Part shown: piece after piece, positions 23,967 to 36,628 of the stretch
Position numbering within the stretch: the stretch's first letter is position 1
Layout of the letters: each line of letters starts with the position of its first letter
Assembly (NCBI RefSeq): GCF_963921235.1
Contig: NC_086097.1
Span: forward strand, 26,662,001-26,726,000
Reading direction: 5' to 3'
Source: Mobula hypostoma
Lineage: Eukaryota
Length of the DNA stretch: 64,000 bases
The notes under the pieces: generated by a model
The model's database searches: none
What the model saw: the letters and a program-made list of their open reading frames with translations, nothing else
What the model was told of the DNA's origin: nothing
Translations under genes and position numbers: made by a program

Positions 23967-26926
23967 TTAATACAACACACAGTTTTCCCCCTCTCTATTC
24001 TCATATATCTCATTGTACTGCTGCCACAAAGTTAATGAATTTCATGACATATGCTGGTGATATTAAACCTGATTCTGATGGATTGGGAATTTCTGTGGTC
24101 TGTTGGTCAGGGCACGGCCTACAGCAAAAAGCAACAACACTCAACAATTTTACAGAGTAGCGAATTATGTAAAAATAAAGTTAGAAGTATGGATATGGGA
24201 TAAAATATGCAGAAATACCTGAACACCAGCAATGTAAACAGCTTTATAAAAAGTGGTTTAAAGTGTTTATGGAGCAGTACAGTGACTGAGGTAAAGGACT
24301 GAGGGAGGTGGCTAACCAGAATGGTTGACCAGATTACCTGCCATAATGAAGCTGTTTACAAGGATAAACTATGCAATGCCTTTTCATTCTTACGTACATG
24401 TACAATGCATTAAGTAGATTTCTATTACATTCCTTAAAACCAATAGGACTGGTCCACTCATGTGGTCCCCTGGGGTGGTACATGACTACAATAACTGAGG
24501 GGCTTCGTCATGCAACCCGGCCTCTCCCTCTCCAGTAGCAGAAGAACCCTTTTATGGCGTCTCGTATTGTTCCACATCCCCGTCAACTAACACATTATCC
24601 TTTGAGGAGAATTGGCTTGGAATGAAGCTTTACAGGCACAGTTCAAAGAAAGCCATGCATCAGGACGATGCCTAGAGGGGCAATTCATTGATTTATGTTT
24701 TAATGTTTGTATATCTGTGGCAAATTGAATGACTGCACCTATCTGTGATAACACTGGCCTCAAATTGAGCTGAACATAAAAAGCATTTGTGCTTCTCATC
24801 CAGTTGCACTTTGAATTAACATTTGCTGACTGTGCTCACGGCTGGATGGAGATCAAAGGCAACACAATAGAGAAGAGGTTCACATTCTGTTAGGCAGTTT
24901 TAATGGGAAAGGGAGCCTTGATTAAGTGCGGTAAACAATACTGCCACAGACCAGTAAGTAAGTGGACATTGTCCTTGTGTCAACACTCATAATGCAACCT
25001 CACAGAATGAACTACGCATTTGATGTACACAGTGACTTTTGGTGTTTACTGTTGAAACAGTGTCAGCGAAAAAAAAACAATCTGTGGACGATGCACAGAG
25101 CCAGATGACAAGGTAACCCAGTAAATATTACTGCTGGCCAAAATACAAGCAGTAGGTATCTGCAGTTGGACTTGTAACCTACGGAAACTCAAGAGCTTTG
25201 GCTTGCACTGTGTGGGTCAGTGTTTAAATTGTTAAACATAGAACAAAGAACAGAGCGGCACACTACAGGCCCTTCAGCCCACAATGTTGTGCTGACCTTT
25301 TAACCTACTCCTAAATCAATCTAGTCCTTCCCTCCCACAAAGCTCTCCATTTCTCTTTCATCTGCGTGCCTCTCGAAATCTCCTAAATGTCCCTCATGTA
25401 CCTGCCTGAGGCAGCGTGTTCCATGCACCCACTCTCTGTGTAAAAAACCTATTTCCGACATCCCCCCTACACTTTCCTCCAATCACTTTAAAATTGCCCC
25501 GTCTTATTGGCCATTGTTGTCCTGGCTGTCCGCTCAATTAGTGTTTCTTATCATCTTGTACACCTCTATCAAGTCACCTCTCATCCACAAAGCCTTAGTT
25601 TACTCAACCTTTTCTTATGAGACTTGCTCACTGATCCAGGCAGCATCCTGGCAAAGCTCTTCTGTATCCTCTCTAAAGCTTCCACATCCTTCCTACAATG
25701 AGGTGACTAGAACTGAACACAATTCTCCAAGTGTGGTCTAAGTCAGTAACTGTAAACTCCTCACCATAACAGAGGGTACGTCCTGGGATCAGCAGGTAAG
25801 TGTCACCACAAGGAAAGGCACAACAGCACTTCTATTTCCTGATTTGGCATGGCATCTAAAACTCTGACAAACTTCTATAGATGCACAGTGGAGAGTATGC
25901 TGAATGGTTGCATCTTGGCCTGGTATGGAAACGCCAATGCTCAGAAACGGAAAAAGTTTGCAGAAAGTGATGGGCGTAGGCCAGTCCATCACAGGAAAAG
26001 CCCTCCTCATCATTGAGCACATTTACAAATTGCACCGCCACGAGAAATCAAAACACACAGTGAAACGCATCATTTGCGGTAACAACCAACACAACCCGAG
26101 GATGTCATGGGGGCAGCCCGCAAGTATTGCCACCCATTCTGGCACCAATGTAGCACAACGTTCAGCAAGTTAACACAAGCAACAAAAACAACACCACCAA
26201 AAGTAAACAACTGCAAAACAAGCACCTTTCTACCCCCTCATCCTCCCACCCACCCTATGCTAACACATATGGACTTCCAACCTTTCTGTAACTTAAACAA
26301 AACTTTAGGGCTTGCACCGTACTGCTGTCACAAAACAACAAGTTTCACAACATACAGTACGTCAGTGATAATTAACCTGATTCTGATAACTGTATGATCT
26401 CAGAATGTTCCAAAGTGTTTACCAGTCAATTTAACTTTGTGGTCACTGTTTTAAAGTGGGAGAGTAGAGGACAGTTCACATTTACAAGGATTCCATGGGT
26501 ACGTCAGTGCTGAGGTGGAATGATGATCAAACAGTTCCTGGTGTCAATATCACTGAAGATCTATCCTGGGCCCAACATATTGCAGCAATCATCAAGAAGG
26601 CTTACTGGCAACTATATTTCATTTGGAGTTTGAGGAGATTTGGTTATGTTCCCAAAGACTCGAGGAAATTTCTATGGCTGTATTGTGGAGCACATTCTGA
26701 GTAGTTGCGTCAAGACTGGGAGAGTCAAATGAAAAAGTACGGTAGTGTTGGGGGGTTTTCAGGACAGATGGCAGTGGCGAAGAGCTGTCATTGATCCTTG
26801 AGGTGTGGTCTTTAGAAGAATCAGGTTTATTATCAATGGCATTTGTCGTGAAATTTGTTGTTTTGGGGTAGCAGTAGGGTTCAACACATTAAATTACAGT
26901 AAGTTATAAATTAGTAGTGCAAAAGT

Positions 26927-27767
26927 TGTGACAAGAATACACATAGATAAGATGTTAGCTGTCCTGTGTGATCAGCAGTTGGTCTGCCACCTGTCTTCAA
27001 GAGAGAGATAAGGAAAACAATGGAGCAGCATTGGGAGATGTGTAATGAAGGGACAGGAGAGAGAGCTGTCTAGAGCGGCTCCCCTTTGAACCCTGAACTG
27101 TTTGAAGTGATGGACAGGCGATACCCCAGCAGGGAGATAAAAAGGGACAGGTTCGCTAAGGCAGGACACACACGACACCCGAGGTAACGAGACCCTGGAA
27201 GCGGTGCGCCTCTCACAAGTTGGTGGGAAGTATCGGGCCATAAACGCACAGGGTGGAAAGGCACGATCGGCGGGAACCTGGTGTGTGTCCAGCCTTGCCT
27301 GGGTGCCAGGTTCACCGCAGGGAAACGATCGTATCTGAAAACGGAGGGGTTACGGTCGGTGACCTCAGATGACATCACAAAGGGCTCGCCCGAAAGCGGA
27401 CTGCGAAGGTCTGTGTGTGGAAGCTGTTTTGAATATTCATTTGTTTCGCTCTCCTCCTCCCCCCCCCCCCACTGTCCATCGCCACGGCAGCGATTACTGC
27501 GAACTGAACTAAATTGAACTGGACTTTGTGTCACTTTGAAACTGGTCATTTACCCCTAGACAACGATAGAGCTTGATTGAACCTGTTATCTGAATTCTGT
27601 GTACATGTATGTTTATCATTGCTGAACTGTTGCATTCATTATCCTTTTGATTAAGAGTACTGTGTTGCTTGTTTCTTTAATAAAACTTTCTTAGTTCTCG
27701 TAATCCAGACTCCAACTGAGTGATCCATTTCTGCTGGTTTGGCAACCCAGTTACGGGGTACGTAACA
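26927..27767 (+). mobile_element. Solo LTR (841 bp), CpG-rich and apparently young, inserted in a Rex-type fragment
   Basis: TGTGAC...GTAACA termini, AATAAA near 27678, flanks rejoin as a Rex 3' UTR; no exact TSD. Confidence 0.65.
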
Positions 27768-28261
27768 ATGTGTTCACAGATCATTCAGAAATCTGATGGC
27801 AGAAGGTGTTCCTAAAATGTTGATACCATCTCGTGAGTACCAGAAAGCACAGTGTTACAGGAATGAAAACTCGCTGCCACAGAACTTGTGTGTCAATTGT
27901 TATTTTATTTTCTGCTCCTGTTTTCTGACATAGGCACAGATGAGTGGCTTTGTGTTTTGGAAAGCTGCTATACTGATGACCTTCTAGACTGCAACCCACT
28001 CGCAACATGGGGTGTTCAATTTATTAGGAAAGATCACAATTTGCCTGGTGAAGCAGCTGTACAGGAATATTTGACTGTCAAACAACAACAACACAAGCGA
28101 AACACATTGACAGAGCTGAGGATCAGGATTAACTTTGTTTTCCATATACATTGACATGTGTTAGATACTTGCTGTGGTGTGTTGGCACAACATTCAACAA
28201 TGACAAGGATTTAAATCCAGTGGCCACTTTATTTGGTACACCTGTACACCTGCTCATTAAT

Positions 28262-28966
28262 AACCATATAACAATTACAGCACAGAAACAGGCCATCTCG
28301 GCCCTTCTAGTCCGTGCCGAACTCTTACTCTCACCTAGTCCCACCAACCTGCATTCAGCCCATAACCCTCCATTCCTTTCCTGACCATATAGCTATCCAA
28401 TTTAACGTTAAATGACAACATCGAACCTGCCTCAACCACTTCTGCTGGAAGCTCGTTCCACACAGCTACCACTCTCTGAGTAAAGAAGTTCCCCCTCATG
28501 TTACTCTTAAACTTTTGCCCTTTAACTCTCAACTCATGTCCTCTTGTTTGAATCTCCCCCATTCTCAATGGAAAAATCCTATCCACGTCAACTCTACCTG
28601 TCCCCTCATAATTTTAAATACCTCTTTCAAGTCCCTTCTCAACCTTCTATGCTCCAAAGAATAAAGACCCAACTTGTTCAACCTTTCTCTGTAACTTAGG
28701 AGATGAAACCCAGGTAACATTCTAGTAAATCTTCTCTGTACTCTCTCAATTTTGTTGACATCTTTCCTATAATTCAGTGACCAGAACTGTACACAATACT
28801 CCAAATTTGACCTTACCAATGCCTTGTACAATTGACATTACATCCCAACTCCTATACTCAATGCTCTGATTTATAAAGGCCATCATACTGAGAGCTTTCT
28901 TCACCACCCTATCCACATGAGATTCCACCTTCAGGGAACTATGCACCATTATTCCGAGATCCCTAG
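28262..28966 (-). mobile_element. 5'-truncated CR1-type LINE with ATTAAT TSD
   Basis: YKALVRSNLEYCVQFW, RGNFFTQRVV; ATATGGTT tail; TSD at 28256-28261 and 28967-28972. Confidence 0.85.
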
Positions 28967-29045
28967 ATTAATGCAAATATCTAAGCAGCCAAATCGTGTG
29001 GCAGCAACTCAATGCATCACAGCATGCAAATATGGTCAAGGGGTT

Positions 29046-29765
29046 GGTGAAGTGAGGCAACACTTCACTTCTGAGTCTGTTGGGGTCATCTATTGCATCC
29101 GGTGCTCCCGGTGCGGCCTCCTCTACATCGGAGAAACCCGACGCAGATTGGGGGACCGCTTCGTCGAGCACCTCCGCTCCGTCCGCCAAAACAGACAGGA
29201 TCTCCCAGTAGCCACCTACTTCAACTCTGCTTCCCACTCCCATTCAGACATGTCCATACATGGCCTCCTCTACTGCCATGATGAGGCTAAACTTAGGTTG
29301 GAGGAGCAACACCTCATATACCGTCTAGGTAGTCTCCAGCCCCTTGGTATGAACATAGAATTCTCCAACTTCCGGTAATTCCCTCCCCCTCCCTTCCCCT
29401 ATCCCTATATCACTCTGTCCCCTCCCCCAGCTGCCCACCACCTCCCTCTTGGTTCCACCTCCTACTACCCATTGTGTTTTCCCCTATTCCTTCTTCACCT
29501 TTCCTGCCTATCACCTCCCTGCTTCCCCTCCCCCAGCCCTTTATCTTTCCCCCTACTGGTTTTTCACCTGGAACCTACCAGCCTTCTCCTTCCCACCCTC
29601 CCCCCACCTTCTTTATAGGGCCTCTGCCCCTTCCCTCTTCAGTCCTGACGAAGGGTTCCGGCCCGAAACGTCGACCGATCTTTTCCACGGATGCTGCCCG
29701 ACCTGCTGAGTTCCTCCAGCGTGTTGTGAGTGTTGCTTTGACTCCAACATCTGCAGATTATTTTG
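29046..29765 (+). mobile_element. 5'-truncated Penelope-like element (GIY-YIG endonuclease C-terminus plus terminal repeat) with 13-bp TSD
   Basis: VIYCIRCSRCGLLYIGETRRRLGDRFVEH...LEEQHLIYRLGSLQPLGMN; TSD TGGTCAAGGGGTT at 29033-29045 and 29766-29778. Confidence 0.9.
29640..29677 (+). ncRNA. Minimal type I hammerhead ribozyme motif with complete core
   Basis: Stem I GTC/GAC, CTGACGA 29645-29651, stem II GGGT-tccg-GCCC, GAAA 29665-29668, palindromic ACGT stem III, GUC cleavage triplet ending at 29672. Confidence 0.75.
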
Positions 29766-30854
29766 TGGTCAAGGGGTTCAGTTGTTGTTCAGACCAAACA
29801 TCAAAATGAGGAAGAAATGTGAACTAAGTGACTTTGACTGTGGAATGATTGTTGGTGCCAGATGGGGTGGTTTGAGTATCTCAGAAATAGCTGATCTCCT
29901 GATATTTTCATGCACAACTCTCAAGTTGATTAAGAGAATGGTAAAAAAAAACAAAACAAACATCCAGTGAGTGGCATTTCTGTGGGTGAAAACACCTTGT
30001 TGATGAGAGAGGTCAGAGGAGAATGGCCGGACTGGTTCAAGCTGAAAAGGAGGTGACAGTAACTCAAACAACCACACATTACAACAGTGGTGTGCACAAG
30101 AGCATCTCTGAATGCACAACACATAGAATCTTGAAGTGGATGGGCTACAGTAAAAGACCATGAACATACACTCAGTGCTATTGGGTGTACTGTATATAAA
30201 AATAAAGTTTGAAGTATGGATATAGAATTAATGTGCATAAATACCAGCATGTATTTACAATGTAAACAGCATTATAAAAAGTGGTTTAATGTGTTTATAG
30301 TGACTGAGGCAACAAATTGAGAGGGGTGAGGGACTGACTAGAATGGTTGATCAAATTAACCGCCGGGGTGGGGGGGGGCAGGAAGAGAGAAAAGAAACTT
30401 TTAAGATCGTGTGAACTTTTTGTTTTCAATCATCCTGGAGCGCTTTCCAGAAGGGAGCTTTTGGAAAAGGCAGCTTGCAGAGTGGACAGTGTCCACAATG
30501 AGTGCAAAACAACAAATTTGACAGCATTTGTCAGTGATAATAAACCCGATTCTAATCCTTAAAGCTCTGTGCTCCTCCCACATTTAGTTGTGAGTTGCAG
30601 GTAAAGCAGGAAAAGGTTTGAAAGTGTTCCTCATGTGAAATGCCCTACAGGAACAATTGACGTGCCAGTGATTGGTGTTCAGTTTCCGTTGCTGTCTGTA
30701 ATCAGTTTCTACATTCTCCCTGTGACCGTGAAAGTTTCCTCTGGGTGCTCTGCTTCCCTCTCACATTCCAAAGACAAGCTAAGGTTAGTAACTTATGGAC
30801 ATGCCACACTGGTGCTGGAAGCATGGCAACACTTGTGGGCTGCCCCCCAACATA

Positions 30855-32221
30855 CAGTGGCATGCAAAAGTTTGGGCACCCCGGTCAAAATTTCTGTTAC
30901 TGTGAATAGCTAAGCGAATAAAAGATGACCTGATTTCCAAAAGGCATAAAGTTAAAGATGACACATTTCTTTAATATTTTAAGCAAGAAAACTTTTTTTT
31001 ATTTCCATCTTTTACAGTAAAGGGCCCGAAGCAAAAGTTTGGGCACCCCGCATGGCAGTACTTAGTAACACCTCCTTTGGCAAGTATCACAGCTTGTGAA
31101 TGCTTTTTGTAGCCAGCTAGGAGTCTTACAATTCTTGTTTGGGGGATTTTCGCCCATTCTTCCTTGCAAAAGGCTTCCAGTTCTGTGAGATTCTTGGGCC
31201 TTTTTGCATGCACTGCTCTTTTGAGGTCTATCCACAGATTTTCGATGATGTTTAGGTCGGGGGACTATGAGGGCCATGGCAAAACCATCAGCTTGTGCCC
31301 CTTGAGGTAGTCCACCATGGATTTTGAGGTGTGCTTAGGATCATTATCCTGTTGTAGAAGCCATCCTCTTTTCATCTTCAGCTTTTTTACAGACGGTGTG
31401 ATGTTTGCTTCCAGAAATTGCTGGTATTTAATTGAATTAATTCTTCCCTCTACCAGTGAAATGTTCCCTGTGCCACTGGCTGCAACACAAGCCCAAAGCA
31501 TGATTGATCCACCCCCGTGCTTAACAGTTGGAGAGGTGTTCTTTTCATGAAATTCTGCACCCTTTTTTCTCCAAACATACCTTTGCTCATTGCGGCCAAA
31601 AAGTTCTATTTTAACTTCATCGTTCCACAGGACTTGTTTCCAAAATGCATCAGACTTGTTTAGATGTTCCTTTGCAAACTTCTGATGCTGAAAAAAGCCG
31701 AAGATGAAAAGAGGATGGCTTCCACGACAGGATAATGATCCTAAACACACTTCAAAATCCACAATGGACTACCTCAAGAGGCGCAAGCTGAAGGTTTTGC
31801 CATGGCCCTCACAGTCCCCCGACCTGAACATCATCGGAAATCTGTGGATAGACCTCAAGAGAGCAGTGCATGCAAGACGGCCCAAGAATCTCACAGAACT
31901 AGAAGCCTTTTGCAAGGAAGAATGGGTGAAAATCCCCCAAACAAGAATTGAAAGACTCTTAGCTGGCTACAGAAAGCGTTTACAAGCTGTGATACTTGCC
32001 AAAGGGGGTGTTACTAAGTACTGACCATGCAGGGTGCCCAAACTTTTGCTTTGGGCCCTTTTCCTTTTTTGTTATTTTGAAACTGTAAAAGATGGAAATA
32101 AAAAAATAATCTTGCTTAAAATATTGAAGAAATGTGTCATCTTTAACTTTATGCCTTTTGGAAATCAGTTCATCTTTACTCGAAATTTTGACCGGGGTGC
32201 CCAAACTTTTGCATGCCACTG
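30855..32221. mobile_element. Tc1 fold-back element: two transposase 3' halves in inverted orientation, inserted in a V-SINE
   Basis: Both ends are CAGTGGCATGCAAAAGTTTGGGCACCCCGGTCAAAATTTC with TA TSD; minus-strand transposase 31690->31060 and plus-strand transposase 31691->32024. Confidence 0.9.
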
Positions 32222-33714
32222 TATATTCAGACTGTGTCAGTTGTTGATGCAAATGAGGCATGTCACTGTACATTCAAAGAATTAAAGGATTCAAAGTACA
32301 TTTATTTTCAAAGTATGTATAAATTATACAACCTTGAGATTTGCCTCCTTACAGGCAGCCACAAAACAAAACAATCTGAAAGAACCCACTGAGAAGACCT
32401 ACAACCAATGCATAAAGAAAGAGGGGGAAAGAAACACAAATCATGCAAACATTAAAGCAAGCAACAGTATTCCGAACCATAGACCCGAATCCCGAAGCAG
32501 CTGGAGTCGGCCCATAGCCTCAGTCTCAATTCCTCATACTGTGGGGCACATCGCTGCGAAGCTTGTGGACACGAAGCATGTGGCAGCCGGACCAGTCTCA
32601 CAAGCTCAGCGCCGAGGAGAGCGGAGTGAAACGTCGCAGGGCAGGACAGGTTCAATCTTTGCCCCCGGTCCAGGCACTCTGCCTTTTCAGTCCAGCTGGC
32701 CCGGTGTTTGAATTGTCCAAGTACCGGGTTGATCCCCCGCACATGTGACAATTAAAGCTAATCTTTATCTTTATTTTCATAAAGCCTCGTTATAAATGCA
32801 TTTTTTGTTACAGTCATTATTCGTTTGGTTAAGCCTTGAAAATCTCAGCTACAGTCCTTGTTCCCTGTGTGCTTTATCTGGTGCTGGTATCTATTTAAAT
32901 TTAGCATGAGCCGGGCCAATAATACCTGCAAGAGAATCATTATGTTTTAGGACCACATCGTAAAGCACTGGCATGTGGTTTGTAGTTGCTATAGTAACAG
33001 CTATTGCAGTCAGATTGTAAACATCTGGTGGAATTTAACACCTAGGTGGTGATCTGTGAAATTTCCAGCTACCTACCCGGCTCTGGTTATCTGTGAGCTG
33101 GCCAGTGTCTGCTTATTAAGGAGCTTCTGAGACTGCTGTTGCCAGCTGGTACAGGTCAGAAAAATCCCTGCACAAACACTATTCAGGCCATTGTCGAAAA
33201 GCAGTTCCTCAAGAAGACAGTATCCATCATTAAAGAGCCTCATGGTCCAGGGTCCACATGCCCTCTTCTCATTGCTACCATCTGGGGGGAGGTACAGGAG
33301 TCTGAAGACATACACTCAATATTTTAGGAACAGTTTTTTCTCCCCTCTGCCATCAGATTTCTGAATGGTCCCTGAACCATTGTATACTATCTTGCTATTC
33401 TTCTATTGCATTACTGATTTATTTTTTAATATTGTAACTTGAGTAATTTTTAAAAAGTCTTGCACTCCATTGTTGCTGCAAAACAATAAATTTCACAACA
33501 TATGCTTGTGATGATAAACCCGATTCAGATTCTGATGGATGTTGGAGCTCAGCTCCATAGGTAACAAGGGGATGGGAAAATCCCCATCCTAAACCATGTC
33601 ACAGCTCAGAATGGAAACAGGCCCTTCGGCCCAACACATCCATGCTGACCAACATGTTTATCCAAGTTAGTCCTATTTACCTGCATTTAGCCCTCACCCT
33701 TTCCTATCCATGTA

Positions 33715-36628
33715 CTGTGGTTATAAATGTGGAGCATTCACCTCCGCACCTCACCAGAAGTTTCATGTTTTATTGTTTTGCAATATTGAATCACAGTGGA
33801 TTTGGCTTTTTTGACACTGATCAACAGAAAAGACTCCTTCGTGTCAAAGTGAAAACAAATTTAAATTTATTGGTCTAAATTTATTAAACACAAAATATCA
33901 CTCACCCTCTTCAAGTCAATATTTAGTCGATGCATGTTTGGCAGCAATTACAGTTTTCAGTCTGTGCGGATATGTCTCTATCAGTTTTGCACATCTGGAC
34001 ACGGCAATTTTTCCCCATTCTTCTTTACAAAACTGCTCAAGCTCTGTCAGATTGCATGGGGATTGTGAGTGAATAGCCCTTTCCAAGTCCAGCCACAAAT
34101 TCTCAATTTGTTCTTAAGCCATTCCTGTGTAGCTTTGGCTTTATGCCTGGGGTCATTGTCTTGCTGGAAAAGAAATCTTCTCCCAAGTCGCAGTTCTCTT
34201 ACAGACTGCATCAGGTTTCCTCCAGGATTTCCCTGTATTTTGCTGCATTCATTTTACCTTCTACCTTCACAAGCCTTCCAGAACCTGCTGCAGTGAAGCA
34301 TCCCCACAGCATGATGCAGCCACCACCATGCTTCATGGTAGGGATGGTGTGTTTTTGATGATCAGCGTTTAGTCTGATGGCCAAGAAGCTCAATTTTGGT
34401 TTCATCAGACCATAGAACCTTCTTCCAGCTGACTTCAGGGTCTCCCATATGACTTCTGGTACACTCTAGCCGAGATGTCTTGTGAGTTTTCTTTCCAACA
34501 GTGGCTTTCTCTTTGTCACTCTCCCATAAACAGGGCCGGACTTTAGGCAGGGCTAGGCTGGGCAGCATGAGAGCATGACTTTGTGATTCCTGACCACAGA
34601 GGCCTCCGAACAATCAAGTCAGGCCACCAATAATGTTAACGTTACTGCTACTGAGGATCCTTACAGCACTGATCCTGCTCGCTGGGGAAAGGAAACTTTA
34701 GATGATTCAGTCCGAGCGTACTGGGCTAAGAAAGGGCTGGAGTCCTGCCAGAATAAGGATGTGGATATCAAAGCTTCGGAACAAGTATACAAACAGCAGA
34801 GAAGTTTTTTCTCCAAATTTCACTTCAAACGCAATCTTTTAAATGGTGAGTATATATCAAGGCAATGGCTCTCATATTCCCCTTCTACCAGCTGTGTGTT
34901 TTGTTTTGCATGCTGCATCTTCAGTGATGGTAACTGTCAGTCTATCTTCGAAACTGGCTTTAGCGACTGTAAACATGCCACTGAGCGCATAGGAGAGCAT
35001 GAAAATAGCGAACACCACAGGAAAACAATACTGACCTATGTTACACTAGCGTCTGACAGCGGAAGAATAGATACAGAACTGCAAAAACAGTTCCAGTCAG
35101 AGTGTGTCTACTGGAATGATGTATTGAGAAGAGTGTTGGTGGTTGTGAAGTTTTTGGTCGAGAGGGGACTGACTATCCGAGGCTCCAGTGACATATTTGG
35201 CAGGGTGATAACAGCAACTACAGAGGTTCAGATCCACAATGGGACAGGACAGGCTGAGTCATCTTACTCTGATGTCACTTGAAAGTGATCTTGTTTGGAA
35301 ACTGGATTTTAGTGATCTGATCAAGGACTTTGCTGCAAAGAAATCCAGAAGAACTAGGCTTTAATTTTGAAAAACAAGCATCTGACTTTGTAAATATCTA
35401 GGCTTGTGTGTCAGTGCTGTTCCTGCTTTTGTGGCAATAGGCTAATAGTTGACTGTTTACAAACTTAGTGAGTAATAAGTGGTCTTTACTCTGCAAGGCA
35501 CACAGTACAGCAGTAGGTTAGTATGTGCTAGATCTCATTTTTCAAAAAGATTGTTGGAGTATTGTCAAGTTTCCTAGTTTGCCACAGTGCCATCTCTCTT
35601 GGCCTTTTTGTCTCTCATTTCCATTTTACTTTCTCAGAACACACGGTTGAGAAAAATACCTCGATAAGAATGCTTTGGCATTGTTTCAGAAATAAGGCCT
35701 ATGGTATGCGCAGCAACAGCTAAATAAAGATTTATACATTTATGCATCATACTTCATCTCCCTCATAACTTTACTAAGCCAACTAAGCCTAGGTCAATTT
35801 TTGAGTGCTTTAGATGCTGTCCTTCAAACTAAGAATCTGCATTACTTTCTGCCCTCTCTCCTAAGGCCTGTAAGTTTATAGCCTACGTATTGTACTAAAC
35901 CAATGTCTTGGTCCACAGCTTTGATATTTAGACCAGTACGACCGTTGCTCGTTCTTGCCTTTTTTTGCTTGGTACAGCAGCATTTTATGGTGTCGGCAGG
36001 GGCCCATCAGGGCCTCCAGCCCAGGGGCCCCGACCCCACTAAATCCGGCCCTGCCCATAAAGCTGTGACTGGTGAAGTACACGGGCAACAGTTGTTATAT
36101 GCGCAGTCTCTCCCATCTCAGCCACTGATGCTTGTAACTCCTCTAGAATTGTCATAGGTCTCTTAGTGGCCTCCCTCACTCGTCCCCTTCTTGCACGGTC
36201 ACTCAGTTTCTGAGGACAGCCTGCTCCAGGCAGACTTACAGCTGTGCCATATTCTTTCCATTTCTTGATGATGGACTAACTGTACTCCAAGGGATATTCG
36301 GAGACTTTTTGTCTTCATGGTGTACTTTTTGCCAGAATACTGACTCACCAGCAGTTGGACCTTCCAGATACAGGCATATTTTTTTACAATCAATTGAAAC
36401 ACCTTGACTGCACACAGGTGATCTCCATTTAACTAATTATGTGACTTCTAAAACCAATTGGGTGTACCAGTGATGATTTGGTCATTTTGTAGAGATCTAT
36501 TTTCATTTTGACATGAGTCTTTTTCTGTTGATCTGTGTTAAAAAAAAACAAATTAAATCCACAGTGATTCAATGTTGTAAAACAATAAAACATTTCCAAG
36601 GGATGTAAAAAATTTTTTATAGGCACTA
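33715..36628 (-). mobile_element. Degenerate Tc1 element of a second family, inserted at TA in a CR1 3' fragment
   Basis: [38 protein letters not shown]; long imperfect TIRs; flanks CCATGTA|CCTGTCC rejoin. Confidence 0.75.
34531..36053 (+). mobile_element. hAT transposon internal-deletion derivative (TTF zinc-finger/ZMYM1-like, probably Tip100 group)
   Basis: TIR CAGGGCCGGA(C/T)TTA; 8-bp TSD CCCATAAA (34523-34530, 36054-36061); RQWLSYSPSTSCVFCFAC...HENSEHH and C-terminal DLIKDFAAKKSRR. Confidence 0.9.

Larger units (their letters stand above)
28219..30177 (+). mobile_element. Non-autonomous Tc1-like element carrying two nested insertions
   Basis: Starts CAGTGGCCACTTTATT; encodes a Tc1 HTH remnant MRKKCELSDFDCGMIVGARWGGLSISEIADLL. 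Confidence 0.65.

Noticed and set aside
28917..29378. 153-aa GIY-YIG ORF as a host nuclease gene
   Set aside because: The N-terminus is chimeric (CR1 and Tc1 sequence) and the domain lies within a TSD-bounded Penelope insertion.
31265..32024. Functional Tc1 transposase
   Set aside because: No DNA-binding N-terminus, a stop codon in one arm and a catalytic Glu-to-Gly change in the other.
34761..35282. Domesticated ZMYM1-like host gene
   Set aside because: Bounded by TIRs and a TSD, with the catalytic core deleted.
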